Positions 39,888 through 49,935 of a stretch of 64,000 nucleotides of DNA are shown here, piece by piece (the stretch's first letter is position 1; each line of letters opens with the position of its first letter). Source of the stretch: Candidatus Bathyarchaeota archaeon (GTDB taxonomy: Archaea; Thermoproteota; Bathyarchaeia; Bathyarchaeales; Bathycorpusculaceae); NCBI GenBank assembly GCA_963806535.1, contig CAWDYC010000004.1, positions 352,001 through 416,000 on the forward strand, written 5' to 3'. Below the pieces are notes generated by a model. That model was not told the origin of the DNA and ran no database searches. It worked only from the letters and a program-made list of their open reading frames with translations. Position numbers and translations under genes: made by a program.

Positions 39888-42209
39888 CTATCCTTTACCT
39901 AAAGTGGTGTTAGTTTGAACCTTAAAAATGGCAACTTCACTGTTAATGAATGCAAGGCTAAATTCTGGATCATCAGTATATTTGGGGTTTAACCCAAAAT
40001 CCCGGTTTGCAACATATGAAACGTTGTATTCTTGCAAGGCTACTTTGTAGTCAAACGTTGTTATGGACAAATCTGGAGCGGCCGGGGGATTTTGCAGATT
40101 AGCGCTTAATGTTCCTCTGAGTCCAGATGGGGACATTGGGTTTTGAATGTCGTTTTCAGATACTGGGTATATGCCGACTAGAATTTGGATTTCAGCCGTT
40201 GATTTGCCTTCGATGCCGTATGATAGTTGAGTTATGCAGGGGCTTTGAGCATTAAAGTTGCTTATTGTCGGTTGGGTTTGAGCAAAAATCAGCTGTCCGC
40301 ATTCTTTATTGCCTGGATCCAAAATTGCAAGGGTGTTGTTGAATGGCTGTTGGAATATGCCTCGGGAGTCGATGACTAAGTTTAGCCAGTCAATCGAAAC
40401 GTTGGGTTTGTTGCTTTGAACCAGTATTGTCATGTTTGCGAAGAGTTTTCCTTTTGTGACAGTTGTGATTTCTGAGTAGCTAAAGTCGCTGTTTGTTTTG
40501 TTGACAATTATGGATGGGTTTTCACTGTTGGTGCCGATAAGCTGCATAGCTGTAACGGGCATGTCAGAGAGGTTGGTGGCTTTGGCGTTTTTTCCATCGT
40601 AAGAAAATAATGTGATTTCGCTGCTGTTAAATTGGAAAAAGCTGTATGGGGAATTGGTCCAGTTCAGGTCTGCTAGAAACATGGGGTTATGTCTGCCTAC
40701 GTGTCCGCCGTCTTCGCGAACTTGAATGTAACCGTTGTCAATGACATAGTCCGTGTCCAGCAGATAAGAAACGTTTTTTGATATACTCACTTCACGCGCA
40801 AGCGTTATCGCCTGTAAATCTACATCAGTTAATGTCGGACGCTGGCCAAACCCTGCGAGCCACCACCCGTATCCCATTTCAGAAACAAACACTGAGCCCC
40901 CAGGCGTGTTTTGCTTAGCCCACTCTATCGCTTGGTAGCCGGGATTATCCATAATTTGGTAGAAACCCTGAACTCTAACGCCTTCCCAAGGAAAAATAAA
41001 GATTGGAGTACTCAAAGTCAAGATAAGCAGGAAGCCCAATACAAAGCCTCCATAAACTGTTTTATATTTTATTCTAGCTTTGATTCTCAACCTTAATTTG
41101 CTAAAAAACTGATTTGTTTTCTGGTTTAGCCCGTTTAAAACATAGTCGGCACTTAATACTTTTGCAAAACGCCTTGATGAACAATCAATCATTACGGCAA
41201 TGAGAATTAGCACCGGATACATGAGGAAGTACAGAAACCGAACAGAATCCACATAAAACCCAACTAAGTAATCCTGAGTTAACAATAATGGCACTAAAAG
41301 CCACATGACAAGAAGAAAGACCGGCAGCGAAAAAAACCGTCCCTTATATTTTTTCGATAGCAAGAAAAACGGGGCGATGCAGGCAAAAAGAGCCAGCACC
41401 ACCTCAAGAGAAATCGTTCTATTAGCAAGCAACGCCTGTACAATCGCAGGAGAGCCAGTAAATGTAGCGCTTAAGTTTAAGTAAGGCTGCACTGCAGTTG
41501 CCAAAAAAGGCGAAACGAGAATGGCTCCTATAACTATCGGCAAGATCCAGTAAACAATGTTTTTTCTGGGCTCATTAAACGTTTTAGGAAAAACCAATAC
41601 AACAATCGCTGTAACTGCGATTATGCCTATGAAGACGGCGGCACTTAAAGAATGTGTAAGAAGTATTGATGCCGCTAAAAGAGAGGCTGATACAAGAAAA
41701 GGAGTCAGCGAAATTTTGTCTCTTTTAAGAAACAAATAGAAAATTATGGGAATCAACGACAAAACAATTATGTTTGGGTAGCCTCCCCAACAAACTATTT
41801 CAATGTCACTTCGCGAGACGGCTACAAAAAACGCGGCTACAAAAGCGACCGATTCATTCCAAACTATTCGAGTTACTAAAAACGTGGCTAACACGATAAG
41901 TGATGAGAATAAGGCTATGATAGTTCCCTGAGCTACATAACTGGGCATGCCAGTCAAAATTATTATTTGCGAAGCAAAAATATGAAATCCAGGAAATTCA
42001 AGTTCCACGCCCCCACCCATCTGATAAAAATTATACAGAAAATTAGTGTTGCCTGAATGTGTAATTGAGTTTATGACGCCGGCGTGAAAGCCAATGTCAG
42101 CTCCCGGCGGATAGGTATTCCATAGCAACAAAATTATGCGGTAGGCAAAAGCGAAGGCGAAGATTGCAAGTAGCAAAAGCTGTTTATTGGTTGGCTTGAA
42201 CATATGCAA
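39888..42209 (-). CDS. Large GT-C-like multi-pass membrane protein with an extracellular C-terminal domain
   Basis: PPGADIGFH, FPGFH, GGYPN, LTHSLS, many TM helices; overlaps the GT4 gene. Confidence 0.8.
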   Translation of the reverse strand: MHMFKPTNKQLLLLAIFAFAFAYRIILLLWNTYPPGADIGFHAGVINSITHSGNTNFLYNFYQMGGGVELEFPGFHIFASQIIILTGMPSYVAQGTIIALFSSLIVLATFLVTRIVWNESVAFVAAFFVAVSRSDIEIVCWGGYPNIIVLSLIPIIFYLFLKRDKISLTPFLVSASLLAASILLTHSLSAAVFIGIIAVTAIVVLVFPKTFNEPRKNIVYWILPIVIGAILVSPFLATAVQPYLNLSATFTGSPAIVQALLANRTISLEVVLALFACIAPFFLLSKKYKGRFFSLPVFLLVMWLLVPLLLTQDYLVGFYVDSVRFLYFLMYPVLILIAVMIDCSSRRFAKVLSADYVLNGLNQKTNQFFSKLRLRIKARIKYKTVYGGFVLGFLLILTLSTPIFIFPWEGVRVQGFYQIMDNPGYQAIEWAKQNTPGGSVFVSEMGYGWWLAGFGQRPTLTDVDLQAITLAREVSISKNVSYLLDTDYVIDNGYIQVREDGGHVGRHNPMFLADLNWTNSPYSFFQFNSSEITLFSYDGKNAKATNLSDMPVTAMQLIGTNSENPSIIVNKTNSDFSYSEITTVTKGKLFANMTILVQSNKPNVSIDWLNLVIDSRGIFQQPFNNTLAILDPGNKECGQLIFAQTQPTISNFNAQSPCITQLSYGIEGKSTAEIQILVGIYPVSENDIQNPMSPSGLRGTLSANLQNPPAAPDLSITTFDYKVALQEYNVSYVANRDFGLNPKYTDDPEFSLAFINSEVAIFKVQTNTTLGKG

Positions 42210-43338
42210 TCTGTCTCTCCTGCGTTTTTATGATCTCAGGTTCAGTGCTGTTCAAGTTATATGCGTTCAGTGCTATTCGCAGGAATTCGCTTGCGGTGTA
42301 ATCCCAAGAAAAGTTGTGCGAGTACTCTATTGCGTTTTTAGAGAAACAGATTCTTAACTTCTCATTGTTGAGTAAAGTTAGTAGCCTAGCTGCCAATGCG
42401 TGGATATCACCGTTTTTCACTAGAAAGCCCGTACTTTGGTCTTGAACTGAATCTTTCAATCCAGGCACCAAATATGCTACAGAGGGGACACCTAAAGCGT
42501 TCGCCTCAATAATGTTCAAACCAAAACCTTCCCTGATTCCTGGACTAACCAAAACCCAACTCTGCTCAATCAGCCGGCGACGTTCGTAATTAGTCAGTTG
42601 CCCATAAAATCTTACCCCTTCGCAAGACAAACTCTCCAATTTACCCCTAATCGGGCCATCACCAACAATCCACAACTCAGCATCAGGCAACTTCTCCTTA
42701 ACCTTCTCAAACGCCGCAATCGCGTGGATTGGTCTCTTAGCTTTTTTCAGTCGCCCCGCATACACAATTATAGGATGGCTATTCTTGTTCGACGGCTTGG
42801 CTAAAGGCTTAAAATTCAACCCTCCAGGAACAATGAAAACATGCTTAAAACCTAAGGCATCCAAATTTTCGCGGGTGCTGTTTGAAACAGTAACCGTAGG
42901 TATATCTGCGTATTTCTGCAGCCACTTGTCCTCAAAGTAATGGCCAAGGACATTTAGAGGGAAACCTGTTTCGTAAAACCAAATTTCTCTAGCCAGCTGA
43001 TGAATCAACGCTACCACATGCTCACCATTCTCCACAAAACTCTGTGCAAAAAAAGGCCGTGTGTTTATTTCATCAACCACAAGATCAAAACGCTCAGACT
43101 TGAAACGTTTCGAATAGAACTTTTTTGCTTCCCCGTAAACTGAAAAGCGTCCACCCGACCGGACCACTTTCACTCCGTCCAATGTTTCTTCTTTCTTGCC
43201 TCCGGGAAATATCGACGTAAACAAAGTTACCTCGTGACCCGCTTTAACCCATCGCTTCGCAACCTCATGAGTATAAACCTCCGCCCCACCCATTGCAGGA
43301 TTAAGCCAACAACGCCAATTAAAAACCAAAATCTTCAT
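42184..43338 (-). CDS. Glycosyltransferase family 4
   Basis: NWRCWLNPAMGGAEVY, GRLKKAK, EGFGLNIIEANALGVP. Confidence 0.92.
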   Translation of the reverse strand: MKILVFNWRCWLNPAMGGAEVYTHEVAKRWVKAGHEVTLFTSIFPGGKKEETLDGVKVVRSGGRFSVYGEAKKFYSKRFKSERFDLVVDEINTRPFFAQSFVENGEHVVALIHQLAREIWFYETGFPLNVLGHYFEDKWLQKYADIPTVTVSNSTRENLDALGFKHVFIVPGGLNFKPLAKPSNKNSHPIIVYAGRLKKAKRPIHAIAAFEKVKEKLPDAELWIVGDGPIRGKLESLSCEGVRFYGQLTNYERRRLIEQSWVLVSPGIREGFGLNIIEANALGVPSVAYLVPGLKDSVQDQSTGFLVKNGDIHALAARLLTLLNNEKLRICFSKNAIEYSHNFSWDYTASEFLRIALNAYNLNSTEPEIIKTQERQIAYVQANQ

Positions 43339-43475
43339 TTTTTCAAAAAACCTGGCTTACTTTGTAATAGACAGGTTTAGCAACCATCAAATTGGCTTTT
43401 GGGCAGGCTATCGATAGAACCAGAATTAATAAGAGTCTTCTAATCCCGCTATCCATAGCCAGTATAAGAAATGAT

Positions 43476-43499
43476 TTTTAATAAAAGCGTATTCGTAAA
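43476..43499 (-). promoter_or_regulatory. Promoter shared with the GT-C gene at 13251-14591
   Basis: 23 of 24 nt identical to 14672-14695. Confidence 0.6.
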
Positions 43500-43881
43500 G
43501 CTTTATTGACTGCGCTTAGTCAATGTTTCTTGACTTAAGCCAATGCAGAAATTTATGATTTTATTTGCAAATCTCGTTTAGTGTTGCTGCTTTAACGGCG
43601 GGTCCAAAATAGCATTCGACGCCTTTTTGACGGCGAACTTAAATTCAGAAGTGTTGTTCCCCCGAACCCCGACTGACCCCGCTTTCAATCTTTTTTGAGA
43701 AGACACAGAACTGTGGAGTTTTTGAGGTCTTCGTATGTGAAGCAACCTGAGATATTAATACGTTCCATAGTGTTGATAGATTCGGGCTTTGATTCCTTGA
43801 TGTAGACTTGAACTGCAATTTTGAGATAGATTTTGAATCTAAACAACGTAGGCCTGTTTTCCGCAACCGAATCATGGGGCA

Positions 43882-44502
43882 TTACTGGAGACCAATCATT
43901 GCGCCGTACTTTGAATAGACTTCCCTGACAAGCTCGCCTGCTTTGGGATTGTTCCAGTCGTGCATCCATTCCGAAACAAGCGACTCAAGAGTAATCGGTA
44001 TGACCCCTGCCTGCAGCATTCTCTTGACCCCGTACTTGTGCGCATCCACAGTAGAGTCTCCCGCAGCATCGATCAATCCGTAAACTTCGTAACCCTCTCT
44101 CAGAGCATGCAGAGCAGTATACGCAAAGCACATGCTGGTCCAAAGCCCCGAAAGCACCAGCTTTTTCCTTTCCGTTTTCTTGAAAGCGTTCCAAGTTCCT
44201 TCATCCTCAAAAGCGTCAAAGCTCGGCACATTTCGTGCAAATACCTCCTTATTCGGGAAAAGCGCAGCAATTTCTGGAATGAACTCCCCCAAAGATTTAG
44301 GATTAATTGCTGAAAGAACAACTGGAACCCCCAAAATGCGGGCAGCTTTCGCCGCACAAATGGCCGCACTCTTAATTATGATCTTATCACCAGAACTAAC
44401 ACTCTTAAACATTGAAGGCTGATAGTCCACCAAAACCAAAACGCTATTCTTACCAGTCAGAAGCTCAAGTTTTCCATCTTTTGAGCGATCCATTTTTGCC
44501 AT
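43882..44502 (-). CDS. Isochorismatase-family (YcaC-like) hydrolase
   Basis: LVDYQP, DAFED, SGLWTSMC, DAAGD..AH..RMLQAG..EWMHDW. Confidence 0.9.
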   Translation of the reverse strand: MAKMDRSKDGKLELLTGKNSVLVLVDYQPSMFKSVSSGDKIIIKSAAICAAKAARILGVPVVLSAINPKSLGEFIPEIAALFPNKEVFARNVPSFDAFEDEGTWNAFKKTERKKLVLSGLWTSMCFAYTALHALREGYEVYGLIDAAGDSTVDAHKYGVKRMLQAGVIPITLESLVSEWMHDWNNPKAGELVREVYSKYGAMIGLQ

Positions 44503-44609
44503 TCTCCTCTAGTGCAATGGAAACCTGCGGTAAAAATACTTTGCTCGAAATAGTGCGCTCCATTAGACTTAGGTCCTCGGTAACAACGAATGGTAACATC
44601 ACTTTTTTT

Positions 44610-44697
44610 GTTCTCTGTATTTTTTAGTCGCTTTTTTGTTTTAGAGCTTGAATCGTTTGCAGGTTGCGGTTTTAAAAGGTTTGGAAAGGTCTAAGGT
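44610..44697 (+). repeat. Dispersed element copy C: head plus GGT repeats
   Basis: ..TTTGCAGGTTGC-GGT tttaaaaGGT ttggaaaGGT ctaaGGT. Confidence 0.75.
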
Positions 44698-44929
44698 TAC
44701 CGCTAAATCAAATATTATAAACAAAACCGCATCACAGAAAACGAGATCGCCTCCAAATAGCCAAGCTAATTCAGTATTAAATACACGATAGAGCCGACAG
44801 AGGTTTTGAAAGTTCGTGCGCTAGCAAGTATGCAGAAATTTAATAAGAGCACGTCTGCACTTAGCACTAACTAAATGGTTTATTTCCGCTAGCGATAGCT
44901 TAGCCTGTAAAGATGTGAGGACCAAAAAC

Positions 44930-45040
44930 ATGCAGAAAACATCAATCTTAGTAATCCAATTCCTAATTGCCTTATCATTTTACGCATTTGTAATTATGCA
45001 AGCGTCAGCGAAAGGTTTGATCGGTGAGGCGAAAGAATGA
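44930..45040 (+). pseudogene. Orphan signal-peptide ORF (36 aa)
   Basis: MQKTSILVIQFLIALSFYAFVIMQASA-KGLIGEAKE-stop, GTGAGG upstream, ATGA overlap with the next gene. Confidence 0.45.
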
Positions 45041-45879
45041 AGCGAAGGGCAACCAAGACTTTTGGAATCGGCTGCATCCTTATGCTACTCTTTTTATTTT
45101 TTGCTTTCGGACCATTACCTCAGTCAGTTAGAGGTACAGTGACGACGACTATTCCCGTCGGAACCCAACCTGAAAGTGTTGCTATGACCCCTGATGGTGC
45201 TTTCGCTTATGTTACAAATTATGGCAACAATTCGGTCTCAATGATTAGCACAGCTACAAACACAGTGACGTCGACGGTAACTGATTTTAGCAAGCCTTTC
45301 GGAATAGCCATATCGCCTAATGGCGCTTATGCCTATATTACAAATTTTGGCAGCAATTTGATCTCAGTGATGAACTTGCCGCCGAGTGTAAGCATAGCTC
45401 CTGTTGGTCAGCTTACATTGGATGTTGATCAGATTCAAGTGTTCACTGCAACAGCCAGCGGCGGTTCTGGTTCTCTAACATATCAATGGTATTTGGATAA
45501 TACTGCGGTTGGAGGAAACAGCACAAATTTCTCTTACACTGCATCGGGAACTACGCATTCGGTTACTTGCGCCGTAACTGATAGCGCCTCTAGCCCAATT
45601 ACTTCTACATCTAACGCGGTTTCTGTTAACGTAAACCCAGTCTCGACTCCAACTCAGACAACTCCATCAACCCATCCAACATCTAACCCTACCCAAAACC
45701 CTACATCACAACCTGTTCAAACCGTATCGCCTACACAGCAAACCTCTAACCCAACATTATCTCCGTTGCCATCCTCCATTCCAGAATATCCTTATGCGAT
45801 AATATTTGCAATTTTAGTTCTTGCAAGTATTTCTATGACCTTAGCTCTAAGGAGAAGATTTGAAGTAAAACCCGCTTGA
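45037..45879 (+). CDS. Cell-surface protein: YVTN repeats, PKD-like domain, PT linker, PEF-type C-terminal anchor
   Basis: IPVGTQP..PDGAFAYVTNY, PFGIAISPNGAYAYITNF, ASGGSGSLTYQWY, IPEYP-TM-RRR. Confidence 0.85.
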   Translation: MKRRATKTFGIGCILMLLFLFFAFGPLPQSVRGTVTTTIPVGTQPESVAMTPDGAFAYVTNYGNNSVSMISTATNTVTSTVTDFSKPFGIAISPNGAYAYITNFGSNLISVMNLPPSVSIAPVGQLTLDVDQIQVFTATASGGSGSLTYQWYLDNTAVGGNSTNFSYTASGTTHSVTCAVTDSASSPITSTSNAVSVNVNPVSTPTQTTPSTHPTSNPTQNPTSQPVQTVSPTQQTSNPTLSPLPSSIPEYPYAIIFAILVLASISMTLALRRRFEVKPA

Positions 45880-45907
45880 ATCTCGATCTCGGTCATTATT
45901 TTAGAAA

Positions 45908-46372
45908 TTAAGGCAATAGTTGCTTTGCTATTTTTCTGCCGAAGTCTTGACATTTTGGCAGTTCTCCATCCGCTACAGGACCAGTTACTCCTTTCACTCT
46001 TACAGATAGACTTGGCGAGAGAAGTGTTAGGTTGGGCAACGTTTTTTGGACAATTTTTTCCAGTTTTTTTACAGCTCTATCAGCAATTCTAACTCTTCCA
46101 GAATAAGTGCCGAAAACAGCTACACTTTTGGCATTAAGGTTTAGGTCAGCTAACTTGTCAACAAACTTTTTCATAGTTCTAGATGGACTGGCCATGTGAT
46201 TTGGCGCACCTAGTATTAAGGCATCGTAGCTGGCTATTATTTGAGGGTCAACTTCTTTAGCATAGCAGATAGCAGCGTCAATTTCTTCAATCTGTTTTAT
46301 GCCCTTCAAAATATTTTCTGCAACGATCTTGGTGTTTCCATATTTTGAGTCATAGATAATTAAAACTTTCAT
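45908..46372 (-). CDS. Flavodoxin-like protein
   Basis: IIYDSKYGNTKIVA, ILGAPNH, AVFGTY. Confidence 0.9.
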   Translation of the reverse strand: MKVLIIYDSKYGNTKIVAENILKGIKQIEEIDAAICYAKEVDPQIIASYDALILGAPNHMASPSRTMKKFVDKLADLNLNAKSVAVFGTYSGRVRIADRAVKKLEKIVQKTLPNLTLLSPSLSVRVKGVTGPVADGELPKCQDFGRKIAKQLLP

Positions 46373-46574
46373 GATTAACCCTCAATCCAAGCCTTCTTCC
46401 GTCTCATTCTTTTATGTTCAGAGTTGGACGATTGAGCTTTCATATTATCCTGTATCAACAAAAGAGGTCCCTATTCAAATAAGCATTTACCCTAACATAT
46501 CAGGGATTTTCTTAAAATCAGTAGCTTCATCAACAATCTTATTTGTTGGCATACCATCTCAACAGCGACAAGTA

Positions 46575-47189
46575 TTATCTAGTTTTGCTATACTTGCCGC
46601 TATCGACAAATCCTACTTTTCCGATATGGATAGCGTATGCGAATAAGAGTCCGGTTTTACTTAAGACGTTAAATGCTTCTGCAGAATAAGAAAATGTAGG
46701 CCCGCCTGAGTAATTGACTTCAAATCCTGTTCCAAACCAAATAGCAAAAGAAATAGCAAAAATTACGTAAAGAATGATGGAAATTCTCGGTGGCCGTTTA
46801 CGATACACCGCGCTAACTCCAAGGAGAACCCAACCAAATAATGCTGCAAACTGCATGATTCTCAAATCCCATCCATTGAGCGCTGCAGCAGAATAATAAT
46901 ACATTATTTCGAATAACGCCATGGGAACAATGACAGCTAACAGAGCATAATACACTGATTTCAAAGTGTTTCTTCGCTGCAGGAACAAAACAAGGGCAAA
47001 GCAAGCAATTGCAGTTGTCAGCGTCGAAATCCTGATTTCAATAAGGGGAAAAATGAACCAGAGACTTTCAATTTTTGCAACCCTTGTTGCGAGCATTAAA
47101 GCAAAGACAATCAATACCGCAATTAAAATCAGAATTGGTTTCTGTATTTCCCTTTGTTTTAATTCTGCTTGTAGATGGAAAGAAAACAC
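46575..47189 (-). CDS. Integral membrane protein of unknown function
   Basis: About 6 TM helices; start uncertain. Confidence 0.65.
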   Translation of the reverse strand: MFSFHLQAELKQREIQKPILILIAVLIVFALMLATRVAKIESLWFIFPLIEIRISTLTTAIACFALVLFLQRRNTLKSVYYALLAVIVPMALFEIMYYYSAAALNGWDLRIMQFAALFGWVLLGVSAVYRKRPPRISIILYVIFAISFAIWFGTGFEVNYSGGPTFSYSAEAFNVLSKTGLLFAYAIHIGKVGFVDSGKYSKTR

Positions 47190-47465
47190 CTTAAAATTAA
47201 TTTATAATTAACTTAAAAGAATGTCTGGTTTAAAACTATTAACATTTGCGTGAAGTCTCCTAGCTCCCTGAAATTTTCCCTCAAATTCTTCTGCTGCCTG
47301 ATGAAACTCCTCCCCTCTTTTCACGTCTCTCCAAATCAGTTATTACCGGTTATTGTGCGGGTTTTGTACGGTTTTTTTGAAACGCAATGAGACAAGCCTA
47401 GACGAATGCGCAATAGAAGTAACCTTTGAACCCACATAAATTAGCCGAAGAAATGTTGATCATAA

Positions 47466-48794
47466 CTATGGGTTTGTTGGTTTTCTAAGAGCTAATGATA
47501 CTGCAGCCAACACGATTGCTAATAATGCAGCTATTTGGAAAGCAGGGACAAAACTTCCTGTTGTTGTCGCTATACTTCCCGCTATTAAAGGCCCCAGTAT
47601 AAAGCCTACCCCGCTTATGGCATTTACTAATCCTGACGCGGTTCCAGTAACTTTTGAAGGAAAATAATCGGGGATCATAGCAAATGTCACCGCAGAGGTT
47701 CCTATCGCAAAGCCCATTGCACCAACAATGACGTAAATGACTGCAATTTCTTTTCCTAAGCCTGTGAACACTAACAAACTCACCGCATACAAGATACTAG
47801 TCGTCGTTAAGACATATTTTCTTGGTACATAATCTGACATAAAACCCCATACATAACTCCCAAACATCATTGCTACCGCAAAAATGCTGAATGCACCGCC
47901 GGCTGCCAAAGGCGTCAATTTAACTTCCGTTATTAGGTAAGCTACAATAAAAAATGAGACTGTTTTGAATATAAAAACATTCAAAATATAAACGGTACCT
48001 AAGTGCCAAGTTATACCCATCTTAATTACATCTCTGCTACTTGCTTGTTCTTTTGGAGCTTTTTGCGACCTTGCTTTTGTTGTGTCCGCGGAATCTTTCA
48101 CTGGTTCTCCGCAGGGCAATAGGCCCTTTTCTTTGGGGCTATTTCTTACAAGGGCGTATACCGTTACAGTCAGGAAGAGACTTAATACGCCCAATATGTA
48201 CCAAACATTTCTCCAACCAAAAGCGATCATGATTAGTGGAACCGCTATTCCCAGCATCGCGTTCCAAAGAGTACGGGGACTATTGATGTAACTTTGTGCT
48301 ATGCCTCTTCTGCGACTACTAAACCACGCCCCCGCAAGTATTACACCTAGAGTTGTAGGTGCTCCAGCAGCGAATCCGATTATGGAATAAAAAACCATGC
48401 CAATAATAATTGAATTCATGGTTCCCATTCCTAAAGTGCCGATTGCTAGCATTAGGCATGCCAGAGTTAACGTTTTTCGCAATCCTATTTTGTCAGCCAA
48501 TATTCCCCATGAGAAAGCGCCAATGATGAAAAGAAACCCGTAGGTGGCTGAAATTGCTCCTGCTTGAGCATTCGATATTCCCACCTCTCTCTCAATATTT
48601 ACCAAGACCAGAGGCAAAGTTGACGTAGCTGTTGCCAAAACGAAGAGTGAATTTAGTCCACCAGTCGCGCAAATCCAGCCGTAATGGACTCTTGAACCGT
48701 TTTTATCTGATTGTTTTTGCGTAATCATATTAATTTGCAATCTGCCGTATTTCTTTTCTATCATATTTATTATTTTGCAAACAAAGTCGTGCAC
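47466..48794 (-). CDS. Major facilitator superfamily transporter
   Basis: About 12 TM; WGILADKIGLRK and WGFMSDYVPRK motif A; WFSSRRRG; start may lie downstream. Confidence 0.92.
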   Translation of the reverse strand: MHDFVCKIINMIEKKYGRLQINMITQKQSDKNGSRVHYGWICATGGLNSLFVLATATSTLPLVLVNIEREVGISNAQAGAISATYGFLFIIGAFSWGILADKIGLRKTLTLACLMLAIGTLGMGTMNSIIIGMVFYSIIGFAAGAPTTLGVILAGAWFSSRRRGIAQSYINSPRTLWNAMLGIAVPLIMIAFGWRNVWYILGVLSLFLTVTVYALVRNSPKEKGLLPCGEPVKDSADTTKARSQKAPKEQASSRDVIKMGITWHLGTVYILNVFIFKTVSFFIVAYLITEVKLTPLAAGGAFSIFAVAMMFGSYVWGFMSDYVPRKYVLTTTSILYAVSLLVFTGLGKEIAVIYVIVGAMGFAIGTSAVTFAMIPDYFPSKVTGTASGLVNAISGVGFILGPLIAGSIATTTGSFVPAFQIAALLAIVLAAVSLALRKPTNP

Positions 48795-48921
48795 ACATTT
48801 CTTTTTGAAAAAGTTTCTTCAGGAATAATCATGAACTCCTATTTTCTTTCTGAAGTGTTATCTTGAAATCGTTCTCTTGCTAAGAGCTAAAGTCTAATTG
48901 ACATTTTATATTAAAGCTGAT

Positions 48922-49792
48922 TTATATGGTTGCTTCAGTTGCTTCGCTCCAAAGTCGTTCAAAATAGTCTTGAAGTACAGCAACTAGACATGGGCTGTCG
49001 GAAAATAGTTTTGGATTCTCATACTTTTTGAGAGTTTATCCATTTGCGCGTTAGCAACTTCTAAACCCAGTCGGAAAATAGTTTTGGATTCTCATACTTT
49101 TTGAGGGCGGCATTTGTGACACTTACGAATACTTGCTTTTTATCCTCAATTCTAATAGTGGCTAATGGTTTTGTGGGAGTGAATCTTATTTCGACACAAG
49201 TGTTTTTCTTCAAAGCAAAAACTTTTGGTAAACGCTGTCCGTCTTTTGGCTGGCTGATGAGATATCGGAGCCTCACATTTTTCTCAATCAATTTCTCTAT
49301 TAATTCAGTATCGTTCATAACTCGATATTTAAATTCATCGAATGAATTGATAATATCAATGGTCTTTTGAGTGGCAGTCACTGCATCTTCCAATCTTCGG
49401 TTGTATGCGTCTTTTGTGGAAATTATTATGAATTCAGGTTCTTTGGTTGCAGGGTTTTCTTTTTGGTTAACTTTGAGTCTTTCAAGCAATTCGTTGGTTT
49501 TTTTCCTGAGATCATTGTATTGATGTGCCTTTTCTTTTAGTAAGACTTCTAATCCGTCTTTTAGTGGAATAGCCCTAAACTTGGTAGGTGCACCTACTAT
49601 TTTTTCTACTAAACTCTTTTCTTCCAACTCGGTCAGTATTCGGTAGATGTCCTGACGAGCAACTGCAGAGTCTTTCCAAATTATTGAGGCTTTGGCCGTT
49701 CCCATGCGTGATATTGCCAGGTATACTCTTGCCTGAGTGCTGGTAAGTCCAATGGCTACTAAGTTTTCAACGTCTAGTTTATTGGTGGCCAT
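48922..49792 (-). CDS. TrmB-family transcriptional regulator; 3' end interrupted (premature TAG at 49061, native stop at 48922)
   Basis: GLTSTQARVYL..VARQDIYRILTELEEKSLVEK..PTKFRAIP; displaced tail SPCLVAVLQDYFERLWSEA. Confidence 0.85.
48997..49105. repeat. Perfect 36-bp direct repeat around a 37-bp insert
   Basis: GTCGGAAAATAGTTTTGGATTCTCATACTTTTTGAG at 48997-49032 and 49070-49105. Confidence 0.95.
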
Positions 49793-49935
49793 TTTATTGA
49801 CCCGGAAATCTGAGTCTTCTTTTTGATTCTTTATATTATATATATTTTGGGGGTTTGTCAGCGGAGCCACTTACGCTAAGACCTTAAAAGTTTTGACCGA
49901 AGATTGGGCTTCACAGAAAAAAGGAAAGAACAAAC

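Noticed and set aside
43645-43969. Short ORFs downstream of the isochorismatase gene
   Set aside because: Overlapping frames without motifs; unsupported
48997-49105. Bona fide CRISPR array
   Set aside because: Only two repeats, the repeat is trmB coding sequence, and there is no leader or cas gene in the window; reported as a scar instead
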